54,881 nucleotides of DNA, from IMG/VR virus record IMGVR_UViG_3300006754_000008; one strand, 5' to 3'. The stretch is from an uncultured virus (IMG/VR IMGVR_UViG_3300006754_000008). Taxonomy: Duplodnaviria > Heunggongvirae > Uroviricota > Caudoviricetes. The notes beneath the pieces were generated by a model. The model saw nothing but the letters and a program-made list of their open reading frames with translations. It ran no database searches and was not told the DNA's origin. Below, piece after piece: positions 9,970 through 18,101 of this stretch. The stretch's first letter is position 1. Each line of letters starts with the position of its first letter. The translations under genes and the position numbers were made by a program.

Positions 9970-12251
9970 AAAATAAACTTCCAGTGATAGTATTATATGA
10001 TAGAGATATCGGTGTTTTTCCGAGAATCGTTTATAATATAGAATTTAATAGACCAGATTCTATATCTATTGTTCATAAGATCTTACAACTTGGCGGGAAA
10101 GCAATTATAGTTGCTCAAAAAACAAGTACCTCAGATGTAAGCGACACTAAAAAGTTACATAGATTTGGCACAGAAATTGTTATTAAAAAATCAATAGATG
10201 CACCACATAATTCTTCTGTCATTATAACAGCAATGGGAATTAATAGAGTTGCTATTAGTCGTTATCTTAAAAATAAAGACAACGAAATTAATTTTGCAAC
10301 CTACACTATTGTTAATGATGATTTTAAGAATGTAAATCAAGACACATTCGAAGCAGTTTCTAATATTAAAGATTTATTAGACTATTATGATTTAACTCGA
10401 TTAATGACAGAAGAGGATCTTCCAACTTCAGAAAGAGAATTAATAGAATTTATTGATAAGCTGGCTATAGATTTGCCGCTAACAACTATGGAGAGAATTA
10501 ATGTAATTAAAGAGTCGGATGTAAATATAAGGGCTGGCATTGTTGTTCAAAATGGTTTTGAGTTAATTAGTAGGGTTGAAGAAGAACTGGAAAACTACGA
10601 TGAAATGGCGCAAGATGTTGATGAATATGAAGAAGAATATGAAGATGTTCAGGATCAATTGGCATTAGAGGACATTGCTAGGATAGAAAAAGAATACAAA
10701 GAAAAAGATATGCCTGACGACATTATAGAAGAGTTTCAAAAAGAACTATATCGAATGCGTCAAATGCAATCAGGTTCAACGGAAATTTCAATTAGTCAAA
10801 CATGGCTAGATACTCTATTATCTCTCCCTTGGGTGGAGAAAACAGAAGAAAACCTCAATCTTAAAAAATCTAAAAAAATCCTCAACGAGGATCATTATGG
10901 TTTAGCAGAAGTTAAAGATAGATTATTAGAATACATTGCCGTCAGAAATCATGCAACAGAAGCAGCAAATCCAATTTTATGTTTTGCTGGGTCGCCGGGA
11001 GTAGGAAAAACCATTTTTGGTCAAAGTGTTGCAAGAGCATTGGGGAGAAAATTCATTCGAATATCATTGGGAGGTGTCTCAGACGAATCAGAAATTAGAG
11101 GACATAGAAGAACTTATATTGGAGCAATGCCTGGCAAAATCATACAAAATCTTACAAGAGTTAAAGTTAGAAATCCAGTATTTATATTAGATGAGCTAGA
11201 TAAAATGCTGGAACATTATAGGGGAGATCCTTCCTCTGCACTATTAGAAGTGTTAGATCCAGAACAAAACGAAAATTTTGTGGATCATTATGTTGGGCTT
11301 CCTTTTAGTTTAAAAGATGTTTTATTTATTGCCACCGTAAATGACTTAAGTAAATTGCATCCTGCTCTAAAAGATAGAATGGAAATTATTGAGTTACCAG
11401 ACTATTCTATTTATGACAAACTACACATTGCTAAAAAACATTTAATTCCGAAACAATTAAAATTACATAATTTAAATAAGAAAAATATTAAATTCACCAA
11501 TAACGCAATTAGAACAATCATCGATAAATATACTTCTGAGCCAGGAGTAAGAAACTTAGAAAGAAGATGTGCTGCGATCCTTAGAAAATTTATAGCAAAT
11601 AATTCAAATCAAATTGATTCTGAATTTACTATAGATTCTAATTATATAAAGACATCTTTGGGCGTTCCTAAGATTGTGCCAGAAGAGAAATTAGATAATC
11701 CCGAAATAGGTGTTACTACTGGTTTGGCTTGGAGCAGCTATGGTGGTGGTTCACTTATGTTTATCGAATCATTATTAACAAATGAAGCTAATGGGAAGTT
11801 AACACTTACGGGAAATTTGGGAAAAGTATTACAAGAGTCAGTTAATATAATTCATTCTTGGATCAAATCTAATAAGAGAACATTACAAATAGATAAAGAT
11901 ATTATTAAACAGAATATACACGTTCACTTGCCAGACGGATCTACTCCAAAAGATGGGCCATCGGCTGGAATAGCAATCGCTGTATCAATAATATCTTCTA
12001 TGCGTAAAGTGCCCGTAAGAAATGATATTGCAATGACTGGAGAGGTGACATTAAGAGGAAGAGTTAAAGAAATTGGTAAAGTAAGAGAGAAGATATTAGC
12101 AGCACATAGAGCGGGAATTTTTAATGTAATAATTCCCAAAGAAAATGAAAAGGACTTGGAAGAACTTCCTGAAGAAGTGAAGAAAGAGGTAACAATATTT
12201 CCAGTAACAGAACTCGGAGATGCGCTAAAACTTGTATTTAAGGAGGAATAA
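9966..12251 (+). CDS. lon: ATP-dependent Lon protease (LonA type)
   Basis: N-domain, GSPGVGKT, GHRRTYIGAMPG, DELDK, PKDGPSAG (catalytic Ser), EKILAA (catalytic Lys). Confidence 0.97.
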   Translation: MKNKLPVIVLYDRDIGVFPRIVYNIEFNRPDSISIVHKILQLGGKAIIVAQKTSTSDVSDTKKLHRFGTEIVIKKSIDAPHNSSVIITAMGINRVAISRYLKNKDNEINFATYTIVNDDFKNVNQDTFEAVSNIKDLLDYYDLTRLMTEEDLPTSERELIEFIDKLAIDLPLTTMERINVIKESDVNIRAGIVVQNGFELISRVEEELENYDEMAQDVDEYEEEYEDVQDQLALEDIARIEKEYKEKDMPDDIIEEFQKELYRMRQMQSGSTEISISQTWLDTLLSLPWVEKTEENLNLKKSKKILNEDHYGLAEVKDRLLEYIAVRNHATEAANPILCFAGSPGVGKTIFGQSVARALGRKFIRISLGGVSDESEIRGHRRTYIGAMPGKIIQNLTRVKVRNPVFILDELDKMLEHYRGDPSSALLEVLDPEQNENFVDHYVGLPFSLKDVLFIATVNDLSKLHPALKDRMEIIELPDYSIYDKLHIAKKHLIPKQLKLHNLNKKNIKFTNNAIRTIIDKYTSEPGVRNLERRCAAILRKFIANNSNQIDSEFTIDSNYIKTSLGVPKIVPEEKLDNPEIGVTTGLAWSSYGGGSLMFIESLLTNEANGKLTLTGNLGKVLQESVNIIHSWIKSNKRTLQIDKDIIKQNIHVHLPDGSTPKDGPSAGIAIAVSIISSMRKVPVRNDIAMTGEVTLRGRVKEIGKVREKILAAHRAGIFNVIIPKENEKDLEELPEEVKKEVTIFPVTELGDALKLVFKEE

Positions 12252-12458
12252 ATGTTTGTATGTGATTTTTGTGGATTAACATCAAAATCTGGTGAAACCA
12301 GTTACTCTATTGTAACTAGAAGGAGGAAGGTCTTATATGGACTGTATGATAAGAATCAAAATGAATTAGGCAAGAAATTAGGATGGGAGATTATTAAAGA
12401 GTCAAAGGCATGTACACAATGTAATATTGCTTTTTTACAGAGTAACAAGGGAGAATAA
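12252..12458 (+). CDS. Small zinc-ribbon protein
   Basis: CDFC...CTQC; AGGAGG RBS. Confidence 0.65.
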   Translation: MFVCDFCGLTSKSGETSYSIVTRRRKVLYGLYDKNQNELGKKLGWEIIKESKACTQCNIAFLQSNKGE

Positions 12459-12461
12459 AAA

Positions 12462-12803
12462 ATGAATCGTCAAAATAATGTTGTAAAGTCAGACTATACT
12501 TATCTAGTTTTCGCATATCGTGATAACTCTGAATTTGATCAGGAATATCAACTAATGCGTTGTAAGGTTCTTGAGGCACATCGTGATCATTTAGTTGTTG
12601 AAAGTCTTAAGAGATATAATCAGAAGTATGCTGGTGCGGAAATGGCCATACGAGGTAGGTATGTGGGTATGCCAGTACGAAGAATTAATAAAGATCAGTG
12701 TTATGCAATTGTAGATGAAACTACATCTGTTGAAGTTCCTTGGGAAACTGTAAGGCGTCGTGAGGGCGCTACTACTCCAGGTCGCTCTCGTGGCGGCAGA
12801 TAG
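12462..12803 (+). CDS. Hypothetical beta-rich protein with basic RGG tail, directly upstream of the Ubl genes
   Basis: GGAG RBS; ends GRSRGGR. Confidence 0.75.
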   Translation: MNRQNNVVKSDYTYLVFAYRDNSEFDQEYQLMRCKVLEAHRDHLVVESLKRYNQKYAGAEMAIRGRYVGMPVRRINKDQCYAIVDETTSVEVPWETVRRREGATTPGRSRGGR

Positions 12804-12824
12804 AAACAATAAAGGAGAACTAAA

Positions 12825-12986
12825 ATGAAGTATTTTTTTGGGTCATTAGAAATCGAGAATAGTGAACTTACATCAGCAGAGGTTAAGAAGGTTTGGGCCT
12901 CTGTGCATCCTGAGATTGAAAATGCTGTTGCTGAAGAGCGTGAAGATGGCATTCACTTTGTACAGAGAAGTGGTACTAAGGGTTAG
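12825..12986 (+). CDS. Prokaryotic ubiquitin-like protein, copy 1 (PRTRC protein C / Prok_Ub-like), 53 aa
   Basis: Absent from ORF track. AAGGAG RBS; MKYFFGSLEIENSELTSAEVKKVWASVHPEIENAVAEEREDGIHFVQRSGTKG; xPEL/I and C-terminal GTKG as in PRTRC protein C. Confidence 0.9.
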   Translation: MKYFFGSLEIENSELTSAEVKKVWASVHPEIENAVAEEREDGIHFVQRSGTKG

Positions 12987-13000
12987 TCAAGCCCAAATGA

Positions 13001-13025
13001 GCTTGTCTCTATAGTAGAGACAAGC
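13001..13025 (+). terminator. Stem-loop after Ubl copy 1 (terminator or RNA-stability element)
   Basis: GCTTGTCTCTA-TAG-TAGAGACAAGC, 11-bp perfect stem. Confidence 0.6.
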
Positions 13026-13061
13026 CTATTAATCTTTTACGGCAGTAATAGGAGAACTAGA

Positions 13062-13223
13062 ATGAAGTATTTTTTTGGATCACTAGAAATCGAGAATAGC
13101 GAGCTTACATCAGCAGAGGTTAAGAAGGTTTGGGCTTCTGTTCATCCTGAGATCGAGAATGCTGTTGCTGAAGAGCGTGAAGACGGTATTCACTTTGTGC
13201 AGAGAAGTGGAACCAAGGGCTAA
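13062..13223 (+). CDS. Prokaryotic ubiquitin-like protein, copy 2 (identical protein to copy 1)
   Basis: AGGAG RBS; same 53-aa sequence ending GTKG-TAA. Confidence 0.9.
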   Translation: MKYFFGSLEIENSELTSAEVKKVWASVHPEIENAVAEEREDGIHFVQRSGTKG

Positions 13224-13236
13224 AAATTCCTAAATA

Positions 13237-13269
13237 TATCCTCCCCTCATGTCCACGGAGGGGAGGATA
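13237..13269 (+). terminator. Stem-loop after Ubl copy 2
   Basis: TATCCTCCCCTC-9 nt-GAGGGGAGGATA, 12-bp perfect stem, no U-tract. Confidence 0.55.
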
Positions 13270-13281
13270 AAGGATTATATT

Positions 13282-13530
13282 ATGAATGTAAGAACTATTT
13301 ATAAATCGGTTCCTAGGAAAAAGAAAGAAGAAAATAATTTATTAAAGGAAGTCTTAGATATTGTAAAAATTACAGATCCTAGAAAAATTCCAGAAAGTCT
13401 TACATCAGTAAGTTTGGGAGAGATAGGAGATTATGTGATGAATAATAATATAAATTTTCAGGATTTTCAAAATTTTATGATAAGAGTGTCAAGAGTACCC
13501 TGCCTAATGGGAAATAATGAGTATATATAA
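13282..13530 (+). CDS. Hypothetical protein in the Ubl cluster
   Basis: ATG 13282 with AAGGA RBS preferred over 13249, which lies in the hairpin loop. Confidence 0.6.
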   Translation: MNVRTIYKSVPRKKKEENNLLKEVLDIVKITDPRKIPESLTSVSLGEIGDYVMNNNINFQDFQNFMIRVSRVPCLMGNNEYI

Positions 13531-14099
13531 TGATAAGAAATATTATTTTAAGTCACATTAGATTCTTAGAAATATTCAAATGGTTTAACAATCAAGGAAT
13601 TTTAACTACCAAACATAAAACGCCAATCCAATATTCAACAATAAATAAGGCCAATAATGCTTTTAAGAGAGTTATGAGAAAAGGAATAAAATTATTGTTA
13701 GAAAAATATGGATTGAAGTGTAATTTCCAAGGAAATTATGTAAACATTACAATTTCTACTAGCCAATTTGATCAATGGTTTGAGCAATTTAATAATATAG
13801 ACTTACTAAGAATGACTCTTAGATATCATTTTACAAACAGTGCATATAGTGGGCACAAACCTTATTATAGGAATCTAAATTTTGCCTCAATAAATATCCC
13901 TTCATCTATACACACTTATAAAGGAACATATTTAACAAACTATTTAGATGATATTTTAAAAGATTTAGAGCAAATTGCGAAGATAATAAACCCGGAGAAA
14001 AAACCTTTAAAAAAAGCTGTACGAAAAACAAAGACAGAAGTTAAAACCACAAGTAATGAACAAGAATTATTTGATGCTAGTTTGGCACGAAGGCTATAA
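13530..14099 (+). CDS. Hypothetical protein in the Ubl cluster (C-terminal EQELF motif)
   Basis: TAATG coupling with the upstream ORF. Confidence 0.65.
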   Translation: MIRNIILSHIRFLEIFKWFNNQGILTTKHKTPIQYSTINKANNAFKRVMRKGIKLLLEKYGLKCNFQGNYVNITISTSQFDQWFEQFNNIDLLRMTLRYHFTNSAYSGHKPYYRNLNFASINIPSSIHTYKGTYLTNYLDDILKDLEQIAKIINPEKKPLKKAVRKTKTEVKTTSNEQELFDASLARRL

Positions 14100-14100
14100 T

Positions 14101-14745
14101 ATGAATGGCGACAAATTAAAAATAGAAATAACTGAGGGCGAAGAACTTAGTTATCTGGAAATGACACGAGCTGATGGTAAAAAAGAATATAAGACTATTT
14201 CTTTTTTTGATTTCATAGAGGCTGTCAGAAATGAAGCTCCAGTTACTACTGGACTATTGCCTCCAGGAACTAGAATCTTTGGCGGCAGCGAATCAAACTT
14301 TTCAATTATCATAGAACAACCTCCGATGAAGTATGTGATTGTCACAAATTATCAGGAACTTAAAAAAATAACCGTTCCTTTGCCAGCTACATTATTTGGC
14401 GCAAAGGTAGTCAATTCTAAACTTAGTATTGTCAGAATAGTTAGTTTTATTGGCCCGTTATTAAATGAGAGTAAACCGCTTTATTATTTTCCATATGGCA
14501 ATTGTAATCCAGAAGTCTGTTGGGGTTCTGCCAGAATTTCAAACATAACTGGCCCAAAAGGCATATATTCTCTTATAGCAAAGTTTATGGATTCACATTT
14601 TAATGGTGATCTTTGGTATATAAATGGATATAATTCTTTCTATAATTTTATAAACGATATGTCGCAGAAAGATGAATTTCCAGAAAAACATCTGGCGCAA
14701 TTAAATTGTACTTTCTCGGGTTTTAAAAACAATCTATTTCTTTAA
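14101..14745 (+). CDS. Prokaryotic E2-like protein (PRTRC protein B / Prok-E2_D-like)
   Basis: LPPG, VPLP..LF, LYYFPYGN...VCWG (candidate catalytic Cys), F..S.FN.DL; alternative start 14056. Confidence 0.8.
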   Translation: MNGDKLKIEITEGEELSYLEMTRADGKKEYKTISFFDFIEAVRNEAPVTTGLLPPGTRIFGGSESNFSIIIEQPPMKYVIVTNYQELKKITVPLPATLFGAKVVNSKLSIVRIVSFIGPLLNESKPLYYFPYGNCNPEVCWGSARISNITGPKGIYSLIAKFMDSHFNGDLWYINGYNSFYNFINDMSQKDEFPEKHLAQLNCTFSGFKNNLFL

Positions 14746-14754
14746 GGAGCTAAA

Positions 14755-15747
14755 ATGGAAAACGAAATAAGTGATGCTCAAATCAATTTTGAGAAAATGT
14801 TAACGGATCATTTTATAGGAGAAATTCCAGATCAATTCACTAAGCCAATATCCTATGTAGTACAACGTGATGGGATTTGGGAAGTAAGAAAAACAGAAAT
14901 TGGATTATTTGTAAGACAATTAGTTGAACAGGACATTAGTGGATTGCCCAATCTTATTGATGAAAGTATTGAAGAATCTTTTGTTCCAAAGGTTCCTATT
15001 AATATCTTAGGTGAAGCTGTATCATTTTTTAGGCACATATATAATAAGATGAAGGCTGAATCATTTGTACAAGTAATTTATAATCCTACAATAAAAGAAT
15101 ACTATATTTTTTGTCCTCCACAAAAAGTTTGTGCTACTGGCGTTGATTGGGAAATTCCAGATGGAGAAAAAGAGCCAGAAGGAATCAAAGTATTAGAATT
15201 ACATAGTCATTGTGACATGGATTCATTTTTCTCAGGTATTGATGATGCCGATGAAAAAGCGGATAGATATTATGGGGTTATTGGAAAGCTGGATAATTTT
15301 ATGCCAGAAATTTCATTTAGGTTGGTTCTCGGCGGTGATGAATATGAGGTAGAAGTAGAAGACATTTTTGATTTAGATGGGGACGTTTATCATTCGGAAT
15401 TTCCTCAGGAGTGGGCTGAGAAAGTTACTAAGGCACCCGTAAAAATTATTTCTTCAAACAATAAGAATTTTGGAAAAACCTATGTTGCGAAATCTCCAGC
15501 AAGTCTTCCAGATGATCTTAAAGAATATGATTTTAATGATGATAATTTTGAGGATGAAGAGGCATTGGAATTAACCGATGAGCAAATGGATCTATATGCA
15601 GACTACTTAAAAAATTATCGTGATTATGATCGTCATACGGATGACGAGAATCCTTTAACCGGCTTACCTCGCAAAGATGGTAATTCTTATTTGATGGGTG
15701 ACCACATGAGCATGGGAAGAAGATATGACGACATTACCAAATTTTAG
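14755..15747 (+). CDS. JAB/MPN metallopeptidase (PRTRC protein A-like) with acidic tail
   Basis: Upstream E (KAES), P.Q.V, HSHCDMDSFFSGIDDADE JAMM motif, YGVIGKLD. Confidence 0.9.
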   Translation: MENEISDAQINFEKMLTDHFIGEIPDQFTKPISYVVQRDGIWEVRKTEIGLFVRQLVEQDISGLPNLIDESIEESFVPKVPINILGEAVSFFRHIYNKMKAESFVQVIYNPTIKEYYIFCPPQKVCATGVDWEIPDGEKEPEGIKVLELHSHCDMDSFFSGIDDADEKADRYYGVIGKLDNFMPEISFRLVLGGDEYEVEVEDIFDLDGDVYHSEFPQEWAEKVTKAPVKIISSNNKNFGKTYVAKSPASLPDDLKEYDFNDDNFEDEEALELTDEQMDLYADYLKNYRDYDRHTDDENPLTGLPRKDGNSYLMGDHMSMGRRYDDITKF

Positions 15748-16564
15748 TTTTTTCAAATACAATAAAAGATTAAGCAGAATTATTGTATTGGGATGTGGCG
15801 GAACAGGAAGTCACGCTGTACCCAATGTCATCAGATTACTTTTAGGAATCCCCAAAAGGCTCTTGCCAGAAATTTATTTAATAGATGGTGATACTGTTGA
15901 GCATAAGAATATTCTTAGACAAAATTTCATACATATAGATCTTGGGCAAAATAAAGCAGAAGTATTAGCCAGAAGATATTCTACGGCTTTTGGAATTCCC
16001 GTTTCAGCAGTACCAGAATTCTCCGATAATAAAAATAATATTCTTGGTCAACTCATAAGGGGAAAGAATGATATTTGTATTATTGGTTGTGTAGATTCTC
16101 ATAATGGTAGAAGACACATAAGAAGTACCATTAGACGATTCAAGAAAAAAGATATTATCTGGATTGACTCAGGAAATGAAGAAAAAGCTGGGCAGGTAGT
16201 TATGGGATATAGAGTACAAAATCCTGAAGATGTTATTGATTTATCAGAGATACCTTATAATAAAACTGGATTATTTAGCTTACCCTTTGTTACAGATGTT
16301 TATCCAGAAATTTCAAAGTCAAAGGACAAAGCTAGGAGTGAGCTTAGTTGTGATGTATTAATTAATGTAGAGCCACAAGCAATGATGGTCAATGTTACAG
16401 CAGCCAATTTAATATTAAATTATTATAATGCTTTGCTTTATAAAACACCATTAAATAATTTTGGAGTAACATTTAGTATTACCAATGGATTCTCTAGTAT
16501 GATAAACAATATAGAGAATTTATCAGTAATACCAAATCAAGAATTAAAAGATTATGAAAAATAG
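15725..16564 (+). CDS. ThiF/E1-like adenylyltransferase (PRTRC ThiF-like)
   Basis: GCGGTGS, DGDTVEHKNILRQNF, NKAEVLARRY, GCVD, WIDSGN, SC catalytic-Cys region. Confidence 0.92.
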   Translation: MTTLPNFSFFKYNKRLSRIIVLGCGGTGSHAVPNVIRLLLGIPKRLLPEIYLIDGDTVEHKNILRQNFIHIDLGQNKAEVLARRYSTAFGIPVSAVPEFSDNKNNILGQLIRGKNDICIIGCVDSHNGRRHIRSTIRRFKKKDIIWIDSGNEEKAGQVVMGYRVQNPEDVIDLSEIPYNKTGLFSLPFVTDVYPEISKSKDKARSELSCDVLINVEPQAMMVNVTAANLILNYYNALLYKTPLNNFGVTFSITNGFSSMINNIENLSVIPNQELKDYEK

Positions 16565-17777
16565 GATATCTATAGAAAACCTTTTAAATAGTTTTAGTTT
16601 CATAAATAGTAATGATATAGTATCATATGAATTTTCTATTAGGAAAATACCAAATGATTGGAATTTTACAATCATGATGGGTATTTATGACATAATTAAT
16701 AAAATCATAGATTTTAGGATTGATGACACATTTATAGATGAGTTATATGACAGCATCAGCTATAAATATAATTTTTCTGATAAGTTTTTAAGATTCTTAG
16801 AGGATTTTCAATTTACTGGTGATCTACAATGTATTCCCGAAGGAGAGATTATATTTCCAGGTGAACCCATTATGATATTAACCGGGAAAGTTTCAGAGAT
16901 AGAGATTATTAAAAATATTATTATTGAAGAATTATCAAAAAATATTGGAACAATAACACATTGTGTTAGATGTTTACTAGCATCCAATGAAGTATCACTT
17001 ATTAGTACATCTTATGATCCACTAGCATCTAAACTATCTTATATTGCTGGTTTTAAAGCGATAACTGATTTATCTTCTAGTATAAAATTCAATATTCCGT
17101 TAGCTAATAATATCAATAATGTATCTTATATATTAAATAGTAAAGAGGAAATATGTAATGATACTAGAATTTTAGATTTTAATGATATTTCTAGGACATT
17201 AAAGAATATTGAATTAAATAGAAGTTGTGTTGTAAAGGTTCACAATAAAAATTTAGATATAAACTTACAAAGGATAAAAAAATCTGGCTTAGGTGTTAAG
17301 TCTCTTTTGGTAACTTGTTCTGATGATACAACTAAAATCTATAAGGTTTCTCAGATATCTCATTTATACCCTACAAGTATTCTTATTAATCCACAATTAA
17401 AAAATGTTAATGTTGAATCATATCCTGTATACAATCATACACAAAATAAGTATCTCATGGTTCCTACAAGCGGAATAAGTACTCTTCCCGGAGTAAAGCA
17501 AGTTTATATTGACAAAAGAAAAAAATGGCATCATCTTATATCAATAGACAGTTTGATTCAAGAAGGTCTTGACCCGCTGATTGAAACTTTTGTCAAACGA
17601 GGAAAACCAACACAAAGAGAAATTGATATTGAAGCAAAAAGGGCAGTATGCAATGGAAGTTTAATTTCCATTCCTAGTGAATTTTTAAATTTAAATAGCA
17701 TAATAAGCCAACCACTTAAAATTCATAGAAGCATATTAGACAAATATTATAAAGCATATGGAGATTTACATGAATAA
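16554..17777 (+). CDS. Degenerate nicotinate phosphoribosyltransferase-like protein
   Basis: FQFTGDL.CIPEGEIIFPGEP and LPGVKQVY are NAPRTase-like; active-site motifs not recognisable. Confidence 0.65.
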   Translation: MKNRISIENLLNSFSFINSNDIVSYEFSIRKIPNDWNFTIMMGIYDIINKIIDFRIDDTFIDELYDSISYKYNFSDKFLRFLEDFQFTGDLQCIPEGEIIFPGEPIMILTGKVSEIEIIKNIIIEELSKNIGTITHCVRCLLASNEVSLISTSYDPLASKLSYIAGFKAITDLSSSIKFNIPLANNINNVSYILNSKEEICNDTRILDFNDISRTLKNIELNRSCVVKVHNKNLDINLQRIKKSGLGVKSLLVTCSDDTTKIYKVSQISHLYPTSILINPQLKNVNVESYPVYNHTQNKYLMVPTSGISTLPGVKQVYIDKRKKWHHLISIDSLIQEGLDPLIETFVKRGKPTQREIDIEAKRAVCNGSLISIPSEFLNLNSIISQPLKIHRSILDKYYKAYGDLHE

Positions 17778-18090
17778 AAATCAGCATAATAAGAAGCCAT
17801 ACAATAATAAACAAGCCCCAAGAAAGCCAAGAGAGCCTAAGCTTTGTCCTATAGAAGTTACAGTTCGATATAATGATATTGAGCAAGCTATGAAGGTTCT
17901 AAAAAATAAGATGTCTAAAGAAAATGTTCTTGGAGAAATAAGGCGACGGAAGTATTTTGAAAAGCCTTCTGAAAAGCGTAGAAGAAAGATGAGAGAATCT
18001 TTGAGAAAGGCTCAGCCATTTAAGAAGAAGGTCTGGGTGAAGAGATCTAAGGTCGTAGCATCTATTCCAATTAAAAAGTGGGAAGAATAA
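17770..18090 (+). CDS. rpsU: Ribosomal protein bS21 with terminal extensions
   Basis: IE.AMK.LK.K...E....EIRRRKYFEKPSEKRRRK core; GGAG RBS before ATG 17770. Confidence 0.9.
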   Translation: MNKNQHNKKPYNNKQAPRKPREPKLCPIEVTVRYNDIEQAMKVLKNKMSKENVLGEIRRRKYFEKPSEKRRRKMRESLRKAQPFKKKVWVKRSKVVASIPIKKWEE

Positions 18091-18101
18091 TAGGAAATAT
18101 A

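Larger units (their letters stand above)
12825..13223 (+). repeat. Tandem gene duplication (162-bp units, period 237)
   Basis: Copies differ at 15 nt: 14 synonymous codons plus TAG/TAA. Confidence 0.95.

Noticed and set aside
12780..12803. C-terminal RGGR of the 113-aa ORF as a ubiquitin-like diglycine end
   Set aside because: It follows a disordered basic tail and no beta-grasp pattern is evident; more likely an RGG nucleic-acid-binding tail
12701..12952. Minus-strand 83-aa ORF across the first Ubl gene
   Set aside because: Antisense shadow; the plus-strand frame has an RBS and a synonymous-only divergence pattern
12825..13223. Direct repeat considered as CRISPR array or DGR template/variable repeat
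   Set aside because: Only two 162-bp coding units; differences are synonymous and not adenine-specific; no cas or reverse transcriptase gene in the window
13249..13281. Upstream ATG for the 93-aa ORF
   Set aside because: Lies in the loop of a 12-bp hairpin without an RBS; ATG 13282 is better supported
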